Origin: a virus
Lineage: Duplodnaviria; Caudoviricetes
Direction: 5' to 3' (one strand)
Virus record (IMG/VR): IMGVR_UViG_3300033068_001747
Length of the DNA: 64,000 nt
Part shown: positions 20,418 to 29,529 of the stretch, in pieces
How the letters are laid out: each line of letters opens with the position of its first letter
Position numbering within the stretch: position 1 is the first letter of the stretch
Notes under the pieces: model-generated
Databases searched by the model: none
What the model was told of the DNA's origin: nothing
What the model saw: only the letters and a program-made list of their open reading frames with translations
Made by a program: the position numbers and the translations under genes

Positions 20418-21272
20418 ATGAGAGCACATTTCTTTGACCTTAACAGTTTAATTACTATGAATAGTAAAGTTTGGATAGTTAGTAAACTAGATCCTAATAA
20501 ACCCTTACTAAGAATATCTAAATCAGAATTTAACCTTTTAAGAAAAGGTGTTTATAGAAAAGATAATATCAAATTTGATATGGCTGGTGAATCTTATTGG
20601 TTCAGTGAAGAACTTTTAAATAGAATTAAAATCAAAGCAAAAAATGCTAATGTAGATGTATCTCAATTGGCATTCTCAATGCAAGAATTTATGAGTAAAG
20701 ATATTATTGATAATAATGACTTCACAATTCACTTAGAAAATATAAGACATCTTAAAAATAGTCAAGACGATATATATGTTATTTGTTCCAAAAACTCTAA
20801 AAGAAGTTATGAGTCACTAATTGAAAAATTAGAGGAAAAACTATTAGAGTTTGGTTTAAAAATTAAAAACTTCTATTACATATCAGAAACATTCTATAAC
20901 AGAGATAGAGACGATATAATAAACAAAAAAGTAAAATTAGTACTCCAACACATAATTGGTTTAAAAACCGATAATATGAAGTTCACAGAAGAAGAAATAA
21001 CTAAATATGATGAAGTTTCTTTATACGATGATGATACTAACACAATTAAATTAGCAAAAGGTGTAAATGATATACTCCAATTCTTAGTAAAAAATAGTGA
21101 AGATAGTGTTAAAGACAAGGTAAAAGAAATCCTTAAACAAAATGAGTGTGAACTAATCATAAATCAGGTTACCTTTAATAAAGTAAATACATTTATAAAA
21201 ACAAAAATAGAGTTAAGTCTTTCTAAAATTATCAAAACATTTGAAAGTTTCAATTACAAAAATAATATATAA
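20418..21272 (+). CDS. Degenerate HAD-superfamily protein
   Basis: FFDLNSL (motif I variant), VICSK, K, LYDDD; ends in KIIKTFESF. Confidence 0.55.
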   Translation: MRAHFFDLNSLITMNSKVWIVSKLDPNKPLLRISKSEFNLLRKGVYRKDNIKFDMAGESYWFSEELLNRIKIKAKNANVDVSQLAFSMQEFMSKDIIDNNDFTIHLENIRHLKNSQDDIYVICSKNSKRSYESLIEKLEEKLLEFGLKIKNFYYISETFYNRDRDDIINKKVKLVLQHIIGLKTDNMKFTEEEITKYDEVSLYDDDTNTIKLAKGVNDILQFLVKNSEDSVKDKVKEILKQNECELIINQVTFNKVNTFIKTKIELSLSKIIKTFESFNYKNNI

Positions 21273-21275
21273 TAT

Positions 21276-21863
21276 ATGAAAAATATTAAAACATTTGAAT
21301 CATTCTCCGAAGGAGAAGAAATAAACGAATCTTTAGGAGGAATAATAAAATCAGTAATAACATTTCCATTTACAGTAATTGCCCTACTAGGAATGCAATT
21401 TGTAAATGGTAGAACAATATCAAAAGTAATTAGAGAAAGACTTTTAGATATTTATGCAAATATTGATACACTAATAGCAACTTTAGAAAATATTCTAAGA
21501 AAAACTGATATTACTGATGTTGAAAAACGAAAAGTTCTTTCTAAATTAAAAGACTTAAAGAAAGTTAAAGAGAAATACCCAACTTTACAAAGTTACAAAC
21601 AAGAGGTAAGTAAAAAAGTAATTTTTTATAACTTTAAAAATAGAGATTATTTGAGAAATCAAATTTGGGAATATGAACCTAGACAAATGAGTGCAATGCA
21701 AGTAGCAGCAGAACTAACAAAAGTTTATAAACTTATAGAAAGAGGTGATGTAACTGGAGAGGTTGCTGCACGTGAACCTATTAGAAATAGATTTCAAGAA
21801 CGTTTAAATGGTCTGATAGGGGGAAATGCACCCGAAGAACAAAATCCAGACGGACAAAGATAA
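21276..21863 (+). CDS. Tagged protein with a hydrophobic segment
   Basis: MKNIKTFESF...INESLGGIIKSVITFPFTVIALLG. Confidence 0.7.
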   Translation: MKNIKTFESFSEGEEINESLGGIIKSVITFPFTVIALLGMQFVNGRTISKVIRERLLDIYANIDTLIATLENILRKTDITDVEKRKVLSKLKDLKKVKEKYPTLQSYKQEVSKKVIFYNFKNRDYLRNQIWEYEPRQMSAMQVAAELTKVYKLIERGDVTGEVAAREPIRNRFQERLNGLIGGNAPEEQNPDGQR

Positions 21864-21894
21864 AAAAAAGACTAACAAATGTTAGTCTTTTTTT
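21862..21894. terminator. Bidirectional intrinsic terminator
   Basis: aaaaaaaagactaac-aaat-gttagtctttttt. Confidence 0.8.
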
Positions 21895-22519
21895 ATTTTT
21901 CATCTTTCCTACTCATCGCATTCTTAATCAATTCGTTTAGATCTCGATTGTTTGTAACTAAACCATCTGAAGATGTATTATCAACTTGACTCTCTGCTTC
22001 AGCTTGTTTAACTTCAGGATTTTCAATTTCATTATACCCTAAATCCTTTCTTAATGTTTTATAGAATTTCTCTAATTCAGTTCTTTGATTTGATAAAAAT
22101 TTACCATTCTCTCTAATCTGACCAATTGTTTGATTGACAACTTCATGCATTCTTGCTGCATTATCACCATTATCAACTTGTCTTAATTGAGATAAGAAGT
22201 TTTTTCTAGTCATCTTTGATAAGAAAATTGCTTCTGCATAAACCATAGCATCTTCTCTCATCTTATTTCTAATATAAGAATGTTCTTTTAATTTTGGTAT
22301 ATCACTTAGATATAAATCAACCAAAGACTCTAATACATCCATTGATTGTTGTGTAGCAACAGTTAAGTCAGCATCATAATCATATATCTCGATTTCACCT
22401 AAATCAGGTAAATCTTCTGGCTTTGCTAAGTGTAGAGAAATGTCAAATTCCGAGTTTTCTGACTGGATTTGATCGAATTCATCTTGTAGTCTAATTCTTT
22501 GTTCTTCACTTTTTGACAT
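21893..22519 (-). CDS. Probable terminase small subunit (gp16-like)
   Basis: ARMHEVVNQTIGQI and C-terminal VTNNRDLNELIK resemble T4-like TerS motifs; head-to-head with TerL; start re-assigned to 22519. Confidence 0.55.
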   Translation of the reverse strand: MSKSEEQRIRLQDEFDQIQSENSEFDISLHLAKPEDLPDLGEIEIYDYDADLTVATQQSMDVLESLVDLYLSDIPKLKEHSYIRNKMREDAMVYAEAIFLSKMTRKNFLSQLRQVDNGDNAARMHEVVNQTIGQIRENGKFLSNQRTELEKFYKTLRKDLGYNEIENPEVKQAEAESQVDNTSSDGLVTNNRDLNELIKNAMSRKDEK

Positions 22520-22539
22520 AAGTAAACGGTTTTTTACAA

Positions 22540-22547
22540 TATATATA
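22540..22547. promoter_or_regulatory. Palindromic TATATATA late-type element between TerS and TerL
   Basis: Only candidate promoter in the 51 nt divergent gap. Confidence 0.5.
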
Positions 22548-22570
22548 AAAAAAGTAAAGTCCAATTTATC

Positions 22571-24715
22571 ATGGCAAAAGAAATATTAGAAAAACAGATG
22601 ATATTTACCACTAGATTGGTAGATGAAGCATCAGATAAATTAAATGATGGTATCGTTATAAAGAGATTCCAGAACCCTTGGTTAAAATCTGAAGTAGGTC
22701 TAAGAAGAGCAGGGGTTTCATTTAGAATGTCTCCTGAAGAACAGGAAGAATATATTAAATGTGCACTTGACATTGATTACTTTGTTGAAAAATATTGTAG
22801 AGTGAAGAGAGAAGACGGTTCAATTGGTGAAATATTTCTTAGAGACTACCAAAAAGAAATACTACACAATTTTATCAATAGTAGATTTAATATCTTAATG
22901 GCATCTCGTCAGGTTGGTAAAACAATCTCTGCATCAATTTTCATGTTGCATACTATTCTATTTAGCAATGACAAAAATATAATGATTGTTGCAAATAAAG
23001 GTGATACTGCAGTTGAGATTGTAGATAAAATCAAATCTATTTACACATTATTACCATTCTTCTTAAAACCAGGTATTAAAACTTGGAATCAAAAATCACT
23101 AACATTTGAAAATGGTTGTAGAATAAAAACATCTGCAAGATCTAAAACGCCTGCAATCGGTTTTACCATTGACGTACTTTATCTTGATGAGTTTGCACAT
23201 ATCCCTTCAAATATTATAGAACCTTACTATACTGCTGCTTATCCAACAACCGCCGCTGTACAAAACTCAAAAATCATTATTACATCAACACCAAATGGTA
23301 TGAATCTATTTCATAAGTTACTAACTGATGCAGAAAGACCAGAAGGAGACCCACTTAAAAATAACTATAAAGCAATGAGGGTTTACTGGCATCAAGTACC
23401 AGGTAGATTTGTTACTTATCTAAGATTAAACAATCATAGATTATATGATCATGGAGTGACTAAAGAACAAATATTTGAACAAATTAGAAGTATATTCCCA
23501 GAAGAAGTAACAAAATCAAAAATGTATTGGAACATCGACTTTCAAAAAGATATTATTGAGGTTTATAATAATGAAAGATGTACTGATGAAGATGTTAAAA
23601 ATCTAACCTTTATTGATTCCAAAGGGTTTGAAGTTCCTTTAAGAGCAGTTGGTGAGATGACAACTTGGAAAGAAGAAGCAGTAAAAGATATTGGTGGAGA
23701 AGATGCATTCAACCAAGAATATGGTTTAAGATTTATCAACTCAAGTAAATCGTTATTAAATGAAGCAATTATCGATAATCTTTTGAACAATAAAAAGAAT
23801 TATAAATTTGAAGAAATATTTGAGTTTGAATCAAAACTTAGATTTAGTTATAAAGATTTAAGATGGGTTGACGATGATGACGTATTTATACCAATCAATA
23901 GAAAAGATGATAAAATTGTTATATCAGTCGATATATCAGAAGGTTTAGGACAAGATTATTCTATTATGAACATATTTAAAATCGCTAAAAAAGATATGGA
24001 TTTAATCGAAGCACAAAAAGCTAGTTATAAATCTGTTACAGATTTTATCAGATTAGAACAAATTGGTTTATTTAGAAGTAATCTAATTTCAGTTAAACAA
24101 TTGGCAGAAATACTTTATATACTAGCATTTGAATATTTTAATCCAGATAATGTTAAGATTGTTTTAGAGTTAAATAACTACGGAAATACTTTACTAGCAG
24201 AATTACCACATGTTTTTGATGGGAATAATCAGTATGGATCATCTATATTCTTTAGATACAAACATAGAGCAGATGCAACTGAAGAAAAAGTAGGTTTAAA
24301 GGTTGGTGAGAATAAAAATATGATGGTTAAAGATTATCAGGATTTAATGATTTCTAAAGGTTTCACAATCAATAATGAGGAGACTGTTAGAGAAATAACA
24401 ACATTTGTTAAACACACTACAACATCAGGAAATACAAGATATGCTGCAGACGTTGGACATGACGACTGTGTAATGACTATTGTAAATGCAAGTAGTGTTT
24501 TTACAAAAAATGATTTTAAAGAAATGGTTGAAGACACTATACAAAAAGATCCTACATTTAAAAATTATGTTGAGGATTGTTTAAAAAACTTAGAATATAC
24601 AGAAACAGTTGATTATTCTCAATTATTAAGTGTTAGAAGAAAAATTCTAAATAGAAATAAAATAGTTAGTGATAGTAATACAACCGGTGTAAATTGGTTT
24701 AATGCACCAAAATAA
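22571..24715 (+). CDS. Terminase large subunit (T4 gp17-like)
   Basis: LRDYQ, ASRQVGKT (Walker A), LYLDEFAH (Walker B), TSTPNG, VDISEGLGQDYS, GHDDCVM. Confidence 0.95.
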   Translation: MAKEILEKQMIFTTRLVDEASDKLNDGIVIKRFQNPWLKSEVGLRRAGVSFRMSPEEQEEYIKCALDIDYFVEKYCRVKREDGSIGEIFLRDYQKEILHNFINSRFNILMASRQVGKTISASIFMLHTILFSNDKNIMIVANKGDTAVEIVDKIKSIYTLLPFFLKPGIKTWNQKSLTFENGCRIKTSARSKTPAIGFTIDVLYLDEFAHIPSNIIEPYYTAAYPTTAAVQNSKIIITSTPNGMNLFHKLLTDAERPEGDPLKNNYKAMRVYWHQVPGRFVTYLRLNNHRLYDHGVTKEQIFEQIRSIFPEEVTKSKMYWNIDFQKDIIEVYNNERCTDEDVKNLTFIDSKGFEVPLRAVGEMTTWKEEAVKDIGGEDAFNQEYGLRFINSSKSLLNEAIIDNLLNNKKNYKFEEIFEFESKLRFSYKDLRWVDDDDVFIPINRKDDKIVISVDISEGLGQDYSIMNIFKIAKKDMDLIEAQKASYKSVTDFIRLEQIGLFRSNLISVKQLAEILYILAFEYFNPDNVKIVLELNNYGNTLLAELPHVFDGNNQYGSSIFFRYKHRADATEEKVGLKVGENKNMMVKDYQDLMISKGFTINNEETVREITTFVKHTTTSGNTRYAADVGHDDCVMTIVNASSVFTKNDFKEMVEDTIQKDPTFKNYVEDCLKNLEYTETVDYSQLLSVRRKILNRNKIVSDSNTTGVNWFNAPK

Positions 24716-24764
24716 AAATATATTTTTTTATTCTTAATATATAAATCATAAAAAAATATAAACA

Positions 24765-24902
24765 ATGGAACATCCAACTTTTAAAACTAAAAGTAGTACT
24801 GATGGTGTAAATTATATTTTAATGAAAATGATTGAAGATCATTATGCAGAAAGAGGATTTAGAACTAGTAAATCATATGATGGAAGAGTATTGCAAACAT
24901 GA
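24765..24902 (+). CDS. Small hypothetical protein (45 aa)
   Basis: MEHPTFKTK...VLQT; TTAATATATA at 24734 and a terminator downstream. Confidence 0.45.
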   Translation: MEHPTFKTKSSTDGVNYILMKMIEDHYAERGFRTSKSYDGRVLQT

Positions 24903-24928
24903 TTGGTTTAGAATAATCGTAGACTAAT

Positions 24929-24964
24929 AAAAAAAAAAGACATCTTTAAGATGTCTTTTTTTTT
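24929..24964. terminator. Bidirectional intrinsic terminator
   Basis: aaaaaaaaagacatc-ttaa-gatgtctttttttt-type hairpin. Confidence 0.8.
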
Positions 24965-25247
24965 ATTCATTCACTTCCATAGTGACTGAGAGTCCCGCCG
25001 ATTTTAGTAAATTCTTCATTTCTGAAATGGTTTCTAAATCACCATACTTAACATCACATTTACCATTATTATGAACAATATGAGCACATTGTGTTGCTTG
25101 TTCGTATTCATGTTTACAAACTTTCATAAGACATTCAATAACCCAATCAAATGAGTTATAATCGTCATTATGAAGTATTAGTTTGTAAGGTTTAGATAAA
25201 ATCTCCTGTACTTTAGACTGTGTTTTCTTCTTAGTAATAGTTGGCAT
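24963..25247 (-). CDS. clpS: ATP-dependent Clp protease adaptor ClpS
   Basis: LILHNDDYNSFDWVI...QCAHIVHNNGKCDVKYG, Bacteroidetes-type ClpS. Confidence 0.85.
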   Translation of the reverse strand: MPTITKKKTQSKVQEILSKPYKLILHNDDYNSFDWVIECLMKVCKHEYEQATQCAHIVHNNGKCDVKYGDLETISEMKNLLKSAGLSVTMEVNE

Positions 25248-25250
25248 ATC

Positions 25251-25763
25251 TTATTTGAATATTTTTGTTGTTTTGTTCTTTACGTCTATTATAGTAATTC
25301 GACAGTCAATTGTTTTAGCCCATTTTTCAAATTCTTCTAAATGTTCATATCTATCATCATACATAATAAACTCTTGAGGATCAATTTTTGAAATCAATTT
25401 CTCAAATAATCTTCTTTTAAATGTAAAAGTATCACCACCAGTGTTTAAATAAACTGCATCAAATGCCAAGTTTAAATCATCTAAAATAACTTCTACTTCA
25501 GGTCTCAACTTTTCAACACGACCGGTTGCCAAAATAACATAGTTATCTGGATCAGAAACTACTTTTAAATATTCTTGATAAACATAAGGGTTTACTGTAA
25601 CTGGGAAAATATCCATATCTAAACTTTCTGGTTTAGACCACCAACCTCTATGTGGATACTCTACACCAAACTTCTCTCTCCATATAATTTTTCCGTCTTC
25701 ATGTTTTACTGTGTTACATAAAGTATCATCAAAGTCAAAACATACTAATTTCTTTATTCCCAT
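25251..25763 (-). CDS. HAD phosphatase, Swiss-Army-Knife RNA-repair type (HAD_SAK_1-like)
   Basis: FDFDDTL, GWW, LATGR, FK, YDDR..H. Confidence 0.75.
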   Translation of the reverse strand: MGIKKLVCFDFDDTLCNTVKHEDGKIIWREKFGVEYPHRGWWSKPESLDMDIFPVTVNPYVYQEYLKVVSDPDNYVILATGRVEKLRPEVEVILDDLNLAFDAVYLNTGGDTFTFKRRLFEKLISKIDPQEFIMYDDRYEHLEEFEKWAKTIDCRITIIDVKNKTTKIFK

Positions 25764-25780
25764 ACTTGTATTTATTTTTA

Positions 25781-25788
25781 CAAAGATA
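25781..25788 (-). promoter_or_regulatory. TAnnTTTG (TATCTTTG) host-sigma promoter
   Basis: Upstream of the HAD-clpS operon. Confidence 0.6.
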
Positions 25789-25828
25789 TATATAATTTTT
25801 TAATATATAATAAAAAATAAATAAAAAT

Positions 25829-26242
25829 ATGAAAATTGATTTTAGAAAAATTGCTATTTTATTTTTACTAATATCTTCTACCGGATTTGGACTTACCTGG
25901 TATCTAGGTGGTTATGATTCATCTAAACAAAAAGTTAAGCAACTTGAAGAAGAATATAAAAAATTAGAGCGAGAAAAAGCCGCAGCGGATGCTAAGGTAG
26001 CAGCTTGGAAAGAAATATACGAACAAAAAGATGCTAAAGATAAAAAATTAGCAATTGAAGTAGGTAATGCAAAAGCAGCCGCTAGAATAGCCAAAGAAAA
26101 TGCAGAGAAAGCTAAACAAGATCTATCTAAACTTCAAGGTGGTATGGAACAAACTAGAAAAGAAATTGAAGAACTAAAAAATAATCCAAAGGTTCTAACT
26201 GATGATGAACTTTTAGAAGAACTAATAAAAAATACAAAATAA
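25829..26242 (+). CDS. N-anchored coiled-coil membrane protein (i-spanin-like topology)
   Basis: N-terminal hydrophobic helix then an Ala/Lys-rich coiled coil; TTAATATATA at 25800. Confidence 0.55.
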   Translation: MKIDFRKIAILFLLISSTGFGLTWYLGGYDSSKQKVKQLEEEYKKLEREKAAADAKVAAWKEIYEQKDAKDKKLAIEVGNAKAAARIAKENAEKAKQDLSKLQGGMEQTRKEIEELKNNPKVLTDDELLEELIKNTK

Positions 26243-26245
26243 GAT

Positions 26246-26755
26246 ATGAGAAAATTATTCACAATATTACTAACATTGATTTCTATGACAATGTTTTCAC
26301 AGCTTACACAACCAATTAAATATCCAAGATTTGAAATAGATTCACTTGGACAAAAAGTTGTAACAATGACTATACCACAAGCAATGAAACTTAATAATAA
26401 CTCAAACATACTAGAGAAGTTTGAGAAGTTACAAGCCGAAATGAAGGATTATGAAGATATTTGTATAAAAGTAATCAATGATAAAGAACAAGTAATTGCA
26501 AAATTAGATGTTGTTATTACTAAACAAGATGGTCAGTTAGTTGCAAAAGATGAAAAGATTAAAGCCTTACAAGGAGAAATACTTGCATGGATGGAAAAAA
26601 ATCATGTTTTGGAAACACAATTAGCCAATAGACAACAAGTAATTGATGAAAAAGATAAACAACTAAAAAGACTTAAAACTAAGATGGTTATCACTGGAGT
26701 AGGTGGTTCAGTAGTAATAGTTGGATTATTATTAGGAGTTTTAGGAGTTTTTTAA
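26246..26755 (+). CDS. Exported coiled-coil protein with a C-terminal hydrophobic anchor
   Basis: Signal peptide ...TMFS/Q; coiled coil; C-terminal MVITGVGGSVVIVGLLLGVLGVF. Confidence 0.6.
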   Translation: MRKLFTILLTLISMTMFSQLTQPIKYPRFEIDSLGQKVVTMTIPQAMKLNNNSNILEKFEKLQAEMKDYEDICIKVINDKEQVIAKLDVVITKQDGQLVAKDEKIKALQGEILAWMEKNHVLETQLANRQQVIDEKDKQLKRLKTKMVITGVGGSVVIVGLLLGVLGVF

Positions 26756-26816
26756 AAAAGTAAAAAAATGGCTTTTTATTCTTAATATATAAATCATATA
26801 AAAAATAAATATAAAC

Positions 26817-27347
26817 ATGAAACACGTTAAAGCATTTGAAAGATTTCGTATTCAAAAAAATAGAGAAGAGATTATTAAAGAGTCTGTTTTCCAAGTTAAC
26901 GATCTTTATAAAGTAAAAACTATGATTGATTTACCTCAGTCTTTAATCAACGCTTATGTTAAAAAAGTAAAAGATACTACAGGTAAAAATTTACGTCAAT
27001 TCTTTGGAGACGTGGATATTGCAGAAGAAATCATTAAATATGTAACTACAACATTTTTAGATGTAGATAAAATCCCTGGTGGTGCAATAATGGGTGGACA
27101 AACTCAAGCACAAACTCAAGGTCAAGGACAAGTTCAAGTTCAAACTGAACCTCAAGGACAACCTCAGGCACAAACTGAACCTCAGGCACAAGCTCAAGTA
27201 CCTGCACAAGGTGAAGTTCAACCACAAGGACAACCAGAAGGAGAATTTGAAGAGCCACAAGCACAAACTCCAGTTCAAGGTCAAGCACAAGCTCCTGCAC
27301 AAGGTGAAGAGGGAGAAAATGAAGAAGAAGAGGAATTACCACTTTAA
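26817..27347 (+). CDS. Tagged protein with Q/P/E low-complexity tail
   Basis: MKHVKAFERF; QAQTEPQ/QGQ repeats; TTAATATATA at 26782. Confidence 0.75.
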   Translation: MKHVKAFERFRIQKNREEIIKESVFQVNDLYKVKTMIDLPQSLINAYVKKVKDTTGKNLRQFFGDVDIAEEIIKYVTTTFLDVDKIPGGAIMGGQTQAQTQGQGQVQVQTEPQGQPQAQTEPQAQAQVPAQGEVQPQGQPEGEFEEPQAQTPVQGQAQAPAQGEEGENEEEEELPL

Positions 27348-27355
27348 TCATAATT

Positions 27356-27384
27356 AAAAAACCACTCAAATGAGTGGTTTTTTT
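27356..27384. terminator. Bidirectional intrinsic terminator
   Basis: aaaaaccactca-aa-tgagtggtttttt. Confidence 0.75.
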
Positions 27385-27724
27385 ATTTTACATACTTTGT
27401 AAGTATAAAGTCTCTTCGTATTGTCATTAGTAAATTAAACATATCTTCATCATCAGTTTTATAATACTTAATATGTTTATTGATAATATCTAAAGTTAAA
27501 TCATGCTTGTTATAATTTATCCAATCTTCTTTTATATAAAGTGGCATATTAGAAATATCACTAATCTTTTCTTTTTCTTCCTGAATGAAATAATAAAATT
27601 CGTCCTTTTCTAATATAATAGAGGTTAAACCCAAAATCCAATGATTTCCATAATCACTTAAAATAGATATGATTTTAAAATCACCAAAATTTGAACTAAA
27701 AGAATTTAATTCTAAATTATTCAT
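27383..27724 (-). CDS. Hypothetical protein with C-terminal RD-motif
   Basis: Ends IRRDFILTKYVK. Confidence 0.6.
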   Translation of the reverse strand: MNNLELNSFSSNFGDFKIISILSDYGNHWILGLTSIILEKDEFYYFIQEEKEKISDISNMPLYIKEDWINYNKHDLTLDIINKHIKYYKTDDEDMFNLLMTIRRDFILTKYVK

Positions 27725-28334
27725 TATTATAATTATCTAAAAATTTTCTTTCCTCTGGTGTAAGATTTTCAATCCCAACAGAACTAATTCTATCTAAAAT
27801 TTCATCAATATTGAATTTAACCGAATTTCTTTTCTTAATCTTTTCAATATCAGACATTTCTTCTTTCAATCCACCAAAATTACCTTTCTTTAGATCTTCT
27901 ACTTTAAGACCAAATTTTTTCTCAAACTCTTCACGAGAAAAAATCATACCCATTACATTCACAACATCATTTATTTCATGTTTATAGAAAATCTCTACAC
28001 CCATAATAATATCCTCAATCAATGTCTTCTCAGCAGAATCTGATGTATAAATACACTTATCACCTTTAAATACGGCAATATCCTTTCTATCCATCAAATA
28101 AACAATATTTATCGAACCAAGATTATCTAATTCAGTCATAACACTAACAGTGTTATTGATACGACTATTAAAACTAGTCTTATGTGTATAAATATTATCC
28201 AATATTCCTTGGAAAATATCATTTATTTCCTTTTTGTAATTTTTTTCTTGATAAATATCTAGAACCTTTCTTACTAAATTATTAAGAATATAACCTAAAC
28301 AAATACCACCAAGTAATATCATACTATATACCAT
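27717..28334 (-). CDS. Membrane-anchored protein with C-terminal DUF6576-like domain
   Basis: N-terminal TM; NIDEILDRISSVGIENLTPEERKFL. Confidence 0.7.
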   Translation of the reverse strand: MVYSMILLGGICLGYILNNLVRKVLDIYQEKNYKKEINDIFQGILDNIYTHKTSFNSRINNTVSVMTELDNLGSINIVYLMDRKDIAVFKGDKCIYTSDSAEKTLIEDIIMGVEIFYKHEINDVVNVMGMIFSREEFEKKFGLKVEDLKKGNFGGLKEEMSDIEKIKKRNSVKFNIDEILDRISSVGIENLTPEERKFLDNYNNE

Positions 28335-29478
28335 AAACTGATTTTCTAATTTTTACTAATAAACTATTTATAAACTTTTCATCTACCTTTTCTGGTAAAT
28401 TTGAAGCTTTAAACAAAGCATCTACTTCTTTAATTTCTTTCTCAACGTGATCGATCAAGGTTTGTAAATCTACTTCACCTCTTCTAATTGCAAGAAGTTC
28501 TTGTGCATTTGGTCTTTTAACTATAATACCTTTACCCTCTGCAATTTCTCGTGCCATATCCATCAATCTTCGACAATGTAACATGTTTTTACCATCAATT
28601 TGTTGACCGTGTGATTTAACATCAACCCATCTTTGAAGATTTCTCTTTTCTAACCATTCTTCATACTCTCTGTAGTCTTTACAGTGTTCAGAGTAACCAT
28701 CTTTGTTATAAACAATATTACACAATGATACTTCTCCTTTTGGAATTGAGGACAATCTTAATTGATTTGATATACCATAATTAGGAGTTTCTAAACCTTC
28801 ATCACCTACCTTAACTAAACCTTTGTAAAATCCTGGTTTATCATTGTAATAAAGTGCATAAACATCTTTGGCATGTGGAACATTGGCTAAACCAAACATC
28901 CTAACATCATATTTGATACCAAATAATTTATATAAAAATCCACCTTTATATTCAGAACCATATTTTGACTTCTTAAAAGGAATTGTTTTTTCACCGTCAA
29001 TAACATAACAGAAATCAAGTAAATCTTTACGAGTTACTTTATCTCTCTCCCAGTTTTGTTTTTTATTCTGACCTTTGGCTTTACCAATTTGAGCTCTAGC
29101 ATATCCACCAAATGAATTTGCACAGATTTTAGTAATAAACTTATCTTTATTCTCTAAGATTAAATCAAAGATAGGATCTTTATAAATAATACAATCTTCT
29201 GGAGTATTAAGTAATTCTAAAACTGTTGGATTATTACTAGCCAATAATTCTAAAAACCTACGTATCTCATAGATAACAATATCATTATTATCATCATTTA
29301 TTTGTTGTTTGTATTTAAAACCTAAAATATCATCCATTGGTTGTATAAATACACCAGCAAAGTCAGTATCGGATGTCTCTATATTAGTTCCATAAGCATG
29401 TGAACCCCTAATCACTAAGAAAAGTGGTATCGCACCTGGAGACCGTTCATTTATAAGTTGTAGTAATTGTTCTTTCAT
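28324..29478 (-). CDS. Pol-beta-family nucleotidyltransferase (RlaP/YcgL-like, RNA repair)
   Basis: GSHAYG...SDTDFAGVF, YEIRRF..L...NP..LELL, GKNMLHCRRL, LLAIRRG. Confidence 0.85.
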   Translation of the reverse strand: MKEQLLQLINERSPGAIPLFLVIRGSHAYGTNIETSDTDFAGVFIQPMDDILGFKYKQQINDDNNDIVIYEIRRFLELLASNNPTVLELLNTPEDCIIYKDPIFDLILENKDKFITKICANSFGGYARAQIGKAKGQNKKQNWERDKVTRKDLLDFCYVIDGEKTIPFKKSKYGSEYKGGFLYKLFGIKYDVRMFGLANVPHAKDVYALYYNDKPGFYKGLVKVGDEGLETPNYGISNQLRLSSIPKGEVSLCNIVYNKDGYSEHCKDYREYEEWLEKRNLQRWVDVKSHGQQIDGKNMLHCRRLMDMAREIAEGKGIIVKRPNAQELLAIRRGEVDLQTLIDHVEKEIKEVDALFKASNLPEKVDEKFINSLLVKIRKSVYGI

Positions 29479-29499
29479 CTTTATTATATAATTTTTTTA

Positions 29500-29507
29500 C
29501 AAATATA
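29500..29507 (-). promoter_or_regulatory. TAnnTTTG (TATATTTG) host-sigma promoter
   Basis: 21 nt upstream of the nucleotidyltransferase ATG. Confidence 0.6.
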
Positions 29508-29529
29508 GTGAAAAAAACCAAATGTTCAA

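Noticed and set aside
23408-23660. Intein in TerL
   Set aside because: No Cys/Ser start, no His-Asn end, and too short.
27046-27369. Overlapping ORFs 27046-27369(-), 27057-27302(-) and 27094-27357(+)
   Set aside because: Shadows of the Q/P/E low-complexity codons of 26817-27347.
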